Origin: Patescibacteria group bacterium UBA5147
Lineage (GTDB): Bacteria > Patescibacteriota > Saccharimonadia > UBA4664
Direction of reading: 5' to 3'
DNA length: 64,000 bases
NCBI GenBank assembly: GCA_002415345.1
Contig: DHXV01000001.1
Location: 33,059-97,058, forward strand
Of the stretch, positions 27,821 to 35,885 are shown piece by piece. Made by a program: the position numbers and the translations under genes. A model generated the notes under the pieces. That model was not told the DNA's origin. It did no database searches and was given only the letters and a program-made list of their open reading frames with translations. Each line of letters begins with the position of its first letter. Position 1 is the stretch's first letter.

Positions 27821-29262
27821 GGGACGCCTGTGAATACGGGTATTTGGATGTAGGCGTTTCGCTAACGGTTGCTTCGAATGCTACTGAATACGGCTATTTG
27901 GATGGCGGCATCTTGCCAACGGTTGTCCCGATCGCGACCGAATATGTCTATATAAATGTCGTCACAAATTCTCTGCTGGTTGAGGCTTACGTCGAGGCAC
28001 TGGCGGTTCCGACGGCAACGCCGCGCAACCTGGTAGAGTCCTACCTCGAGGCACTGGCGGTTCCGACGGTCACGCCGCGTAACTTGGTCGAGTCCTACCT
28101 CGAGGTATTAACACCGTCGTACGCAGCACAAAATGATCTCAGTCGCGATTCAAGAATCGCCGCCCTAACCGGAAATATGCTATGGCTTCGCGCCAAGGAC
28201 AATGCCAGCGGAAACGTCTCGACCTGGCCTGATCAATCGGGTCTCGTCCATAACGGTTTTGCGTCCGGTGCGACGCCGACACTGGACGGGTATTCGACCC
28301 CACTTGGCGGGAAGTCAGTCCGGTTCGGCGGCGCTGGGAGCTTCCGATGTTCGGTGGCCGGGGGTGCTATCGCCACCGCCTCTAGCGCAGTAGGCGGAGA
28401 ACCCGCGACAAACGCCATCGATGGAGGTTTAACGAACCGCTTCACGACCAACGGCATCAAGACCGGCTGGCTCTGCCTCCAGCTGCCGACCGCGCGGGTG
28501 GTGACCTCCTACGCCATTGCGCGGCGCGATGACCTCCCAACTCGCAACGTCAAGGACTGGACCTTTGAGGGCTCGAACGACGGGTCGGCGTGGACCACCC
28601 TGGAGACTCGGACCGGCGTGACCTGGCCGACGGTTGGCGAAGTTAAATCCTTCACCTTTGCCAATGTCACCGCCTACCTGTACTACCGGATTAATTTCAG
28701 CGATAACAACGGCGACCCTACTTATACCAGCATCGCCGAGATCGGTCTCGAGCACTACATGAACGGCGTGGCGGCGGCCGAGATCTGGGCGGTCGTCAAG
28801 GCGAATACCACCGGTGCCAGCGGCCTCTGGTCCTTTAATGATCGCAGTAATAACCGGGCCTTTTCCTACTACCCCTTCCCGAACGTCGGCAACTCCGTCT
28901 ACGAATCCTTCGGCGTAAATAATGACTCCGGCACTAAAATGGCTGTGTACCCCGATGTCATCAGTTGGCACATCTACCGCGTAGTTATGGATGGCAGCAA
29001 TATCACCTCATACGTGGACGGTGTCGCGATTGGCAGCCATACGGTTGCCGCGGCCGGTGGAATTAACTGGGGTATGGTGCCGCTGATCGGACAGACCGGG
29101 GCCGGCAACAACCTGGACGCCTTCTTCCAGGGCAATCTGGCCGAAGTTTTGGTGCGCTCGCAAATTTCCACTGCCCTTGAGGCTGGCGATATCACGAACT
29201 ACCTACGGACAGAACACTTTACCGTCCTGCCACCGTTCCAGGGCTGGGGCCTGCCGCTCTAA
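27811..29262 (+). CDS. F5/8-type-C (discoidin) plus LamG/ConA-like lectin-domain protein with N-terminal 18-aa tandem repeats
   Basis: 483 aa. A discoidin-like segment (NAIDGGLTNRFTT..WLCLQLP..WTFEGSNDGSAWT) is followed by a ConA/LamG-like domain (..GNLAEVLVRSQISTALEAGDITNYL). Confidence 0.7.
   Translation: MVVGDACEYGYLDVGVSLTVASNATEYGYLDGGILPTVVPIATEYVYINVVTNSLLVEAYVEALAVPTATPRNLVESYLEALAVPTVTPRNLVESYLEVLTPSYAAQNDLSRDSRIAALTGNMLWLRAKDNASGNVSTWPDQSGLVHNGFASGATPTLDGYSTPLGGKSVRFGGAGSFRCSVAGGAIATASSAVGGEPATNAIDGGLTNRFTTNGIKTGWLCLQLPTARVVTSYAIARRDDLPTRNVKDWTFEGSNDGSAWTTLETRTGVTWPTVGEVKSFTFANVTAYLYYRINFSDNNGDPTYTSIAEIGLEHYMNGVAAAEIWAVVKANTTGASGLWSFNDRSNNRAFSYYPFPNVGNSVYESFGVNNDSGTKMAVYPDVISWHIYRVVMDGSNITSYVDGVAIGSHTVAAAGGINWGMVPLIGQTGAGNNLDAFFQGNLAEVLVRSQISTALEAGDITNYLRTEHFTVLPPFQGWGLPL
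27831..28107 (+). repeat. two families of 54-bp (18-codon) tandem repeats, about 2.4 copies each
   Basis: gaatacggNtatttggatg... units at 27831, 27885 and 27939. ctggtNgagNcNtacNtcgaggcactggcggttccgacggNNacgccgcgNaac units at 27976, 28030 and 28084 (LVESYLEALAVPTxTPRN). Confidence 0.7.
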
Positions 29263-29302
29263 GCTTGCGATTCACAACTGGAGACGGAAAACCACCACCA
29301 GC

Positions 29303-29509
29303 CTAGCTGCGTTTTGGACTATCGCCATAGGCTGACGACCCATATCCTGCCTGAGATTTGGTCTTGGTATCGCTCTCGTCCAGGCCGAATGATTTTAAGA
29401 CTGTGGCAACCCCAGTTAGGGCTATTAAAGCGCCTCCGGTGTTCTTCAAAAACTCCCGGCGGTTCATAGGTTTGGTTGTAATTTCTGCGACTGCCCGCTT
29501 AATACTCAT
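29303..29509 (-). CDS. small protein with twin-arginine (Tat) signal peptide
   Basis: MSIKRAVAEITTKPMNRREFLKNTGGALIALTGVATVLKSFG.. has the canonical RREFLK Tat motif plus an h-region. The mature part is only ~30 aa. The start is ambiguous (29509 or 29467). Confidence 0.45.
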   Translation of the reverse strand: MSIKRAVAEITTKPMNRREFLKNTGGALIALTGVATVLKSFGLDESDTKTKSQAGYGSSAYGDSPKRS

Positions 29510-29561
29510 GGTCACAACTCGTTTGTTAATGGTTATGTTTATTTTAAAGGAAGTAAATGGC

Positions 29562-30443
29562 CTAAGCAAGCTTTCTTAAATCGACGATATTAGCTGAATA
29601 ACGGGGGGCGGTTACGGCCGGTTGGACATTCCTCAGATCAAGAACGGAAACTGGCGGCCGTCGGCGGGTATGTTCTACCACTGCGTCCGGGTTGGATTTC
29701 GGTCTGGGTATCGACCCGGAATCGATAACAGCAGATGTAGCCGCTAACGCTTTGCCGGGTCGGCGACGGAGACTTCGAGCCCAAACCACCGCTAGGGATA
29801 CTTCATACAGGAGAATTATTGGCAGCGCCAAAATAATCTGCGAGACCGGGTCGGGTGCCGACGGCATAATGAGTGCGATCCCAAAGGCTCCTGCTATGAC
29901 GAATTTCCGTGCTTTCCGTAATCCACCCGGGCTCAAAGGAGTAACGTGATCCAATAAAAGTATTAGGAGTGGCAATTGGAAGACTACCGCAAATGTCATG
30001 AGGTAAGCGAAAACGAATCGAAAGTACTGCTCGATACTGATCAGCGGCATAAGGGTACTGGAGCCGACCGACCCAAAAAAATGCAAAGCGGTTGGCAAGC
30101 TGACGTAGTAGGCGAAGGCGACCCCCGCCATGGCCAGAGTAAAGGATAGTCCCACAACTAATCCAAGTAAGCCCTTCGTCAAACGTTTAGGCAGTGCCGG
30201 TTCAAGAAAGCGCAACAGGTTATAAACCAGAACCGGTAGTGCTGCAATCAGTCCGATTAGGCCGGAGACCTGCATTACGAATTCAAATGAGCCAGTTGGT
30301 GTGGTGTAGTAGAGCGATTGATGAAGCGGACTCTGGAGATAATGGATGATATCAACCCTGAGTAGGAATCCTAACACCGCGCCAACCAGAAAAACCCCGA
30401 CAGTACACAACAAACGACCGCGCAGTTCACTCAAATGATCCAT
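29562..30443 (-). CDS. tatC: twin-arginine translocase subunit TatC
   Basis: The MDHLSELRGRLL N-terminal signature and six TM helices. The start is moved to ATG 30443, because the track ORF adds 53 non-homologous N-terminal codons that overlap tatA. There is a ~70-aa basic C-terminal tail. Confidence 0.8.
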   Translation of the reverse strand: MDHLSELRGRLLCTVGVFLVGAVLGFLLRVDIIHYLQSPLHQSLYYTTPTGSFEFVMQVSGLIGLIAALPVLVYNLLRFLEPALPKRLTKGLLGLVVGLSFTLAMAGVAFAYYVSLPTALHFFGSVGSSTLMPLISIEQYFRFVFAYLMTFAVVFQLPLLILLLDHVTPLSPGGLRKARKFVIAGAFGIALIMPSAPDPVSQIILALPIILLYEVSLAVVWARSLRRRPGKALAATSAVIDSGSIPRPKSNPDAVVEHTRRRPPVSVLDLRNVQPAVTAPRYSANIVDLRKLA

Positions 30444-30477
30444 AAGAGTTAACTGTGCGGTCGTCTCCACGGCTATG

Positions 30478-30657
30478 TTACGCCTTGGTTTTGTTGGTCT
30501 CAGAGGTCTCAGCCTTCGACGGCTCGTTGCGGAAACCCTTACGCACTTCGCGTACGCTCTCTGCAATCCCCTTCGATAGTTCCGGCAATTTTTTTGCTCC
30601 AAAGAGCACTAAAATAATGACCAGGACAATAGCTAATTCTTCAACTTTTCCAAACAT
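30478..30657 (-). CDS. tatA: twin-arginine translocase subunit TatA/E
   Basis: MFGKVEELAIVLVIILVLFGAKKLPELSKGIAESVREVRKGF, with the start at ATG 30657. Confidence 0.8.
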   Translation of the reverse strand: MFGKVEELAIVLVIILVLFGAKKLPELSKGIAESVREVRKGFRNEPSKAETSETNKTKA

Positions 30658-30712
30658 TATATATACTCCCCACACTTACCTTAAGTATTATTCTTATGTT
30701 AGCATAGGAACT

Positions 30713-32560
30713 ATGAATAGCAAGTACTACACCCGTGGCTGCACGGCAATTATAGGCGGTGTGGTAGGCATTTTGTTTGGATACTTCTTCTTAAGCGGCC
30801 AGGCATTTGCATCGGTATATGGAGGAGGTTCGTATTCTTCCTGCTCTTACCAAGCCGGGTGCGGTTCCGCAAGTCCCACCCCTATCCCTCAGACGATCAT
30901 TACCACGCCGTCCAACCTGGACTTTACCGTCAACCTTGCCGATGGACAGTCAATCACAGCCGGAAGCTACGGCTTGACGGTTTCTCCGATGGACAGTCAG
31001 GGCAGGACGTTTCAGCGCGTTGAATTCTACGTGGACGGAACCCTAAACTACACGGCCGCGCCCTCATCCAATGGAACCTTCCATTGGCAGTGGAACACGC
31101 CTTCACCCGGGAGCCATAAAATCAGCTTGATGGCATATGAACAGGGTAGCGCGAACCCTACGATCAGAAAATTTAGCCTAACCATTACTCCTCCTCCTGC
31201 AAAGGAACAGCCGTCCAACGTCCTTTCCGTTGCGGCCCATGCGATTACCGACACCGTGAGGAAAGCCATCCAGCAAATTCCTGAGCCCGTGGCTATTGCA
31301 ATTCCCTACTTGCTGTTTGGGTTACTTGGGGCAAACATTTTGTTGCTGATATTGCAGTCGCATCAAGAGGTTGCCCGCGCCGAGATGGCCGAAGCCGAGC
31401 TTGTGCAAAAGCGCGCAATCGCCTCCGATAAGGAAACTTTCGTACAGCTGGCATCCCATTATTTTAATACGCCCATTGCTCTTATCTCAGGCGGACTGGA
31501 TCTTGGAGTATTTAAGAAGTTTATCGACGAACCGAAGGCGACGGCTATCCGGGATGGACTAACGGACCTAAAGAAGATATTCGGCCAGCTGATTGAAGAA
31601 ATAAACGCACTTAAAGTCGTGGTGCCTGAGACCGGAGTGGCCGCGCATGTGAGGATATGGCTCACTCCAGGCTTTCTGTTGCCCTTGCTGCTCCTCGGGG
31701 GTGTCGCGGTTGGATTTAACGCATTATCCGTGTCATTTGGCCGCGTAAGCGGAAGCCTTATAAACACTTTGACCCAGGCAGCGTTGTTCGGCATATTGGC
31801 AACAGCCCTCTATATGCTAATCCGAGGTCGAATCCTCAGAGCTAAAGCCCGTAAAGAGCGGGAATTCCTGCTAAACGAGGAGATGAGGGTCGATCAGGCG
31901 AAGAATCGCGTAATCCACATTGCCGCCGAAACACTGACTGCCGAGCTGGTACGAATCAGGGCAGGGATCTCTCAAATTACAGATCCGGACACCACGAGGA
32001 TGATGACCAACGGTTGCGACCGTCTCGAGACTATGGCAGCTGCCTTCAGCATGGCTAGCAAACTGGAATCCGGTCAAAGTGGCGAACCGTTTGAGCCTTT
32101 CGATTCAGGTGCTTTGGTCGAAGCGGCAATTCACGCGTCCGACAATACGGTGACAACCAAAAGGTTATCTCTTAACAGGCGGGACAGCGCCTTGGTAAAT
32201 GGACGTCGGCCGGACTTACTGCAAGTTGTCGTCTCATCGATTATCCATAATGCTGCCACCTACAGCTCAGATGGGGGTAGCGTCGACGTGGGAGTTGATA
32301 CAGCCGGAAACAGCGAGACCAGCTTAATCGTAGCCGATCATGGGCAAGGTCTCTCGCAGGAACACCTCCAGCGGTTATTTCGCCCGTTCACCAAGGCCGA
32401 GGGGGCGCTTACCTTCGATCATGAAGGCATGGGCTTCAGCCTTTACCTCGACAAGTTAATTATGACGTACTTGGGAGGCAGAATCGCATTACAGAGCAGC
32501 CCCGGCAAGGGTACGACCGCAACCATCGCATTTCAAACCAGCCCTCAGAGCATTAAATAA
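30713..32560 (+). CDS. sensor histidine kinase with extracellular Ig-like domain
   Basis: AGGAA RBS then ATG 30713 (MNSKYY..). Signal/TM, a Big-like beta domain, TM helices, a HisKA-like H-box (ASHYFNTPIA) and a HATPase_c (..DHGQGLS.. GMGFSLYL). No response regulator in the window. Confidence 0.75.
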   Translation: MNSKYYTRGCTAIIGGVVGILFGYFFLSGQAFASVYGGGSYSSCSYQAGCGSASPTPIPQTIITTPSNLDFTVNLADGQSITAGSYGLTVSPMDSQGRTFQRVEFYVDGTLNYTAAPSSNGTFHWQWNTPSPGSHKISLMAYEQGSANPTIRKFSLTITPPPAKEQPSNVLSVAAHAITDTVRKAIQQIPEPVAIAIPYLLFGLLGANILLLILQSHQEVARAEMAEAELVQKRAIASDKETFVQLASHYFNTPIALISGGLDLGVFKKFIDEPKATAIRDGLTDLKKIFGQLIEEINALKVVVPETGVAAHVRIWLTPGFLLPLLLLGGVAVGFNALSVSFGRVSGSLINTLTQAALFGILATALYMLIRGRILRAKARKEREFLLNEEMRVDQAKNRVIHIAAETLTAELVRIRAGISQITDPDTTRMMTNGCDRLETMAAAFSMASKLESGQSGEPFEPFDSGALVEAAIHASDNTVTTKRLSLNRRDSALVNGRRPDLLQVVVSSIIHNAATYSSDGGSVDVGVDTAGNSETSLIVADHGQGLSQEHLQRLFRPFTKAEGALTFDHEGMGFSLYLDKLIMTYLGGRIALQSSPGKGTTATIAFQTSPQSIK

Positions 32561-32630
32561 GCGTTTCGAACAGGTTGATACTAGCTTTGCAAAGCCAAAT
32601 GACCTCCAATAAGAGGCCATAAAGGACATT

Positions 32631-32705
32631 TGGCTGGGATGGTAGGATTCGAACCTACGATCCTCTGATCCAGAATCAGATGCCTTACCGCTTGGCCACA
32701 TCCCA
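32631..32705 (-). tRNA. tRNA-Gln (anticodon CTG)
   Basis: 75-nt cloverleaf TGGGATGTGGCCAAGCGGTAAGGCATCTGATTCTGGATCAGAGGATCGTAGGTTCGAATCCTACCATCCCAGCCA. Anticodon loop TTCTGGA, encoded CCA. Confidence 0.75.
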
Positions 32706-32747
32706 TCAGCCGAAAAAATTGTTCTTAACCGTCATATTCTAGCGAGT

Positions 32748-33035
32748 TTAGCCGAGTTTGGCAAGAATTATAGCCTCGACGTGTTCCGGCGAGATGGCGC
32801 CGAATTGTCGGCTGTCGGTTGAGGCCTCGTTGTTGTCGCCTTGGAGCCACAGACGGCCGTCGGACTCAATCCGGATGACGCGCTTAACCAGCGGTTTTCC
32901 GAATTGAGCCACGACCACCGAGCCGTTGCGCGGTCTCCCCCACCGATTTCCGACGAGGACGTCCCCGGTTTTGTAGGTTGGCAGCATGCTGTCTCCGGAT
33001 ACGCGGTACAGGCCGAGCGGCCATCGGAGCTTCAT
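32748..33035 (-). CDS. sodX: Ni-SOD maturation endopeptidase SodX (S26/S24 signal-peptidase family)
   Basis: 95 aa with SGDSMLPT (Ser nucleophile) and KRV (Lys base). It lies immediately downstream of sodN, as in actinobacteria. Confidence 0.7.
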   Translation of the reverse strand: MKLRWPLGLYRVSGDSMLPTYKTGDVLVGNRWGRPRNGSVVVAQFGKPLVKRVIRIESDGRLWLQGDNNEASTDSRQFGAISPEHVEAIILAKLG

Positions 33036-33044
33036 GGAAATTAC

Positions 33045-33488
33045 TTACAGACCGATCTGGAGGTTGGTGTTTTTAACGACAGACGCGTAGTCGTAGCCCG
33101 GTTTGGTCTGGGCAAAAATTACGCCGATTTCGTCGATGCGGTCGAGCAGTTCCTTGGCATGTTCGAGTGAGCCCGAATGTTTGGCCTCGCCCGCGGCTTT
33201 GGTAGCTCGCCAGAACAGGTCGTGCAGGGTGGGGAATTTCTCCACATGTTCCGGCTTGAAGTAATCGGTCCACAACACCCACAGGTGGTGTTTTACTAGT
33301 TCGGCGCGCTCTTCTTTAATGACCAGTGAACGAGTCTTGAACTCCTGGTCGTCGGAGTCCAGGTATTTCTTGGTAATGGCGTAAACGCTGGCGGCTTCGA
33401 TGCGGGCCTGGGCCGGGTCGTAGACGCCACAGGGCAGGTCGCAGTGGGCATAGACGGTTTTGGCAGGGATGAGTTGGGTTAGTTTCAC
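33045..33488 (-). CDS. sodN: nickel-containing superoxide dismutase precursor
   Basis: A 14-aa propeptide then HCDLPCGVYDPAQARIEA.., the Ni-hook motif His-Cys-x-x-Pro-Cys-Gly-x-Tyr. The rest also matches Streptomyces SodN along its length (..KHHLWVLWTDYFKP..). Confidence 0.9.
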   Translation of the reverse strand: MKLTQLIPAKTVYAHCDLPCGVYDPAQARIEAASVYAITKKYLDSDDQEFKTRSLVIKEERAELVKHHLWVLWTDYFKPEHVEKFPTLHDLFWRATKAAGEAKHSGSLEHAKELLDRIDEIGVIFAQTKPGYDYASVVKNTNLQIGL

Positions 33489-33600
33489 GGATATCTCCTA
33501 TGTATTGCCCTATTGTACGCTCCCGGAGCCGAATTCCCTTGGACTATTTGACGAACATAAGCATCTTGATAGTCCTTACGCTTTTTGCGATAATAATTCC

Positions 33601-34740
33601 ATGAGTTTGGCGATGGATGGAGTTGTACGCCGCGGCCCAGTTTTGGCGCCGCGTGTCGTTACACCAAAGCAGATAACACCAGCTGTGGCAGCAATGCCCG
33701 CGGCTTCAGTTCGCTATGTCACCGGGATTGACGGTATCCGCCGCCGCGCGCCGCAAACGGCGGCGCGGGTGATCCTTGCCAGTATGCAGGCTCCGTTGGC
33801 CGTTGAGGCACCTCCAGCAGTTATATCAGAGGTCATGGCCGACTCGGTTGTCTACCCTGGACGCTCGTGGGGCCGCCAAATCGGCTTTGGGCTGGTGGCC
33901 AGCGCTTTGATCGCGGGCGGCGCCTACAGCTGGCAGGTGGCCCGTGCCAGTTCACAGGCGCAGGCGACTTCCCGAGCTGCTTCCGCCCTCCACGCCACCA
34001 GCGTACAGCCTAGTCCGAATGCAATAGCGGCCGCCGCAGCGCTGGCCGTAGCCCAACAGGAAACCGGCCTGCAAAAACTGCTGACCGAATTTGCCGCCGG
34101 CCATGAAAACCAGTTGGGTATCGTAGTCAAAGATCTCAAGTCGGGCGCGACAGCCCAAATCGGCGGCGACACTTCGATGACCAGCGCCAGCCTGTACAAA
34201 TTATTCGTGGCTCAACAAATCTACGGCCAGATCGACAACGGTCAACTTACCTACGGCAGCAACGCGGGCAGTGGCAGCGGGCGTAATATCGATGGCTGCC
34301 TCACCGTTATGATCAATATCTCGGACAATACCTGTGGACGGGCATTGGGAAGCGTTCTGGGCTGGGACGACCAAGATGCGGCCCTCAAAGCCGACGGCTA
34401 CACCGGAACAAGTTTACAGACTCCCCAACAGACCAGTGCACACGACGTAGCTTTCCTGTTAGAGAGGCTCTATCGCGGCACGCTCAACTCCCCTAACGCC
34501 AATGACCGCTTCATGGCCTTATTAAAGGATCAACGAGTCAACAATCGATTGCCTCAAGGTCTGCCGGCGGGAACGGTTATAGCCCACAAAACCGGCGACC
34601 TGGACGGCTACACACATGATGCCGGCATCGTCTTCGGTACCAAAACCGATTATCTGGTGGTTATGATGGGTAAGCCCGGGACAACCGCCGGCCAATTCGC
34701 CGACCTCTCATCACGCCTCTGGACTTTCTTCCAGCAGTAA
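33601..34740 (+). CDS. membrane-anchored class A beta-lactamase-like serine hydrolase
   Basis: Contains S-x-x-K (SASLYK), SDN (ISDNTC) and KTG (HKTGD) motifs, with a ~150-aa N-terminal extension bearing a TM helix and an Ala-rich linker. The start is placed at ATG 33601, because the track start overlaps the divergent sodN. Confidence 0.65.
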   Translation: MSLAMDGVVRRGPVLAPRVVTPKQITPAVAAMPAASVRYVTGIDGIRRRAPQTAARVILASMQAPLAVEAPPAVISEVMADSVVYPGRSWGRQIGFGLVASALIAGGAYSWQVARASSQAQATSRAASALHATSVQPSPNAIAAAAALAVAQQETGLQKLLTEFAAGHENQLGIVVKDLKSGATAQIGGDTSMTSASLYKLFVAQQIYGQIDNGQLTYGSNAGSGSGRNIDGCLTVMINISDNTCGRALGSVLGWDDQDAALKADGYTGTSLQTPQQTSAHDVAFLLERLYRGTLNSPNANDRFMALLKDQRVNNRLPQGLPAGTVIAHKTGDLDGYTHDAGIVFGTKTDYLVVMMGKPGTTAGQFADLSSRLWTFFQQ

Positions 34741-35403
34741 ATCGGGCCGAAACTCACGGGTTTTTTCAGTTGCCCGCTCGGCACGCCATTTTTCAATCTC
34801 GGCGTGATGGCCGTTCATAAGTACATCCGGGACCCGTTCACCGCGGAATTCAATCGGGCGGGTGTAATGCGGATACTCCAAGAGGTGCGGATCACTGAAC
34901 GACTCATCATGAGCGCTGGCTTCACCGCCGAGCACACCCGGAATAAGTCGGACGACGGAATCCACCAAGACCATGGCTGGCAGTTCGCCGCCGGTCAACA
35001 CGTAATCACCGATTGAAACCTGTTCATCGGCATACGCTAGTATGCGCTCGTCAAAGCCTTCGTAGTGCCCGGCTACCAGGATCAGCCCGGGCTCCTCGGC
35101 CATGCGTTGCGCCATCGACTGATCGAACTTACGGCCACTCGGGGTCATGATAATGACTTTGGCATCAGGATTATTGGCTTTGACCGCTTCAATGGCCGCC
35201 ACCATTGGCTCAACCCGTAACACCATGCCGTCTCCGCCGCCGTAAGGCGTGTCATCGACGGTGCGGCGGACGCCAAGCCCAAATTCGCGCAGGTCGTGCG
35301 TGGCAATACTCACCAGCCCACGCTCCTGGGCTTTCCAGAGCATGCTCATGTCGAACGGCCCCTTGAACATATCGGGGAATAACGTAATTATATCTATTTT
35401 CAT
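34711..35403 (-). CDS. trmD: tRNA (guanine37-N1)-methyltransferase
   Basis: MKIDIITLFPDMF.. SPOUT knot motifs. The start is at ATG 35403, because the track ORF adds 45 spurious codons overlapping the KH gene. Confidence 0.9.
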   Translation of the reverse strand: MKIDIITLFPDMFKGPFDMSMLWKAQERGLVSIATHDLREFGLGVRRTVDDTPYGGGDGMVLRVEPMVAAIEAVKANNPDAKVIIMTPSGRKFDQSMAQRMAEEPGLILVAGHYEGFDERILAYADEQVSIGDYVLTGGELPAMVLVDSVVRLIPGVLGGEASAHDESFSDPHLLEYPHYTRPIEFRGERVPDVLMNGHHAEIEKWRAERATEKTREFRPDLLLEESPEA

Positions 35404-35413
35404 GGCTTGTTCT

Positions 35414-35788
35414 TTAGAGGTCGAGGTCATCCAGATCGGCGAACTCTTTTTTAGTGCGGGCGACCATTTCGGAGTCTTCGGGTTCGGCGGGCAGGACAGC
35501 GGCGCCGTCAGTGTCGGCTGGGGTCTGGGCGGCCTCATCGCCTTCCGGCTCGACGATCTTTAGGTTAACCCGCTCATCGCCACGGGATCCAAGCACTCGT
35601 AGCAACGTACGGATGCTCTTGGCTGTCGCGCCGGCCTTACCAATTACCTTGCCCATATCGTCCGGGTTGACGGACAGCTCCAGCAGCACGCCCATGTCGT
35701 CGACCGAACGCTTAACTTGAACGTCATCGGGGTTGGTTACGAGGGCTTTGACCACATATTCAACAAATTCTTTATCCAGATCTGCCAT
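35414..35788 (-). CDS. KH-domain RNA-binding protein (YlqC-like)
   Basis: 124 aa, GKVIGKAGATAKSIRTLL KH motif, located between rpsP and trmD. Confidence 0.8.
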   Translation of the reverse strand: MADLDKEFVEYVVKALVTNPDDVQVKRSVDDMGVLLELSVNPDDMGKVIGKAGATAKSIRTLLRVLGSRGDERVNLKIVEPEGDEAAQTPADTDGAAVLPAEPEDSEMVARTKKEFADLDDLDL

Positions 35789-35840
35789 TGTTGCTCTCCT
35801 TAAGAGTTTACGATTTCCTTAATAATACATCATTTTACCG

Positions 35841-35867
35841 AAAACGACCCGTCTCGCGGGTCGTTTT
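35841..35867 (-). terminator. hairpin between rpsP and KH/trmD (possible attenuator)
   Basis: aaaacgacccg-tctcg-cgggtcgtttt, 11-bp stem. Confidence 0.4.
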
Positions 35868-35885
35868 CGTAAACAAAGGGGCGGA

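Noticed and set aside
25068-29262. An intact prophage.
   Set aside because: Only fibre-like or lectin genes are present. There is no integrase, terminase, portal, capsid or tail-tube gene within 10 kb on either side, and the flanks are housekeeping genes. It is reported as a cassette instead.
32561-32640. Possible terminator hairpin or ncRNA between the histidine kinase gene and tRNA-Gln (GCCAAATG...CATTTGGC with a 28-nt loop).
   Set aside because: The stem is interrupted by a large loop and has no flanking U-tract, which is weak evidence. It was left unannotated.
32489-32701. 70-aa ORF on the minus strand.
   Set aside because: It overlaps the tRNA-Gln gene almost completely and is a spurious ORF.
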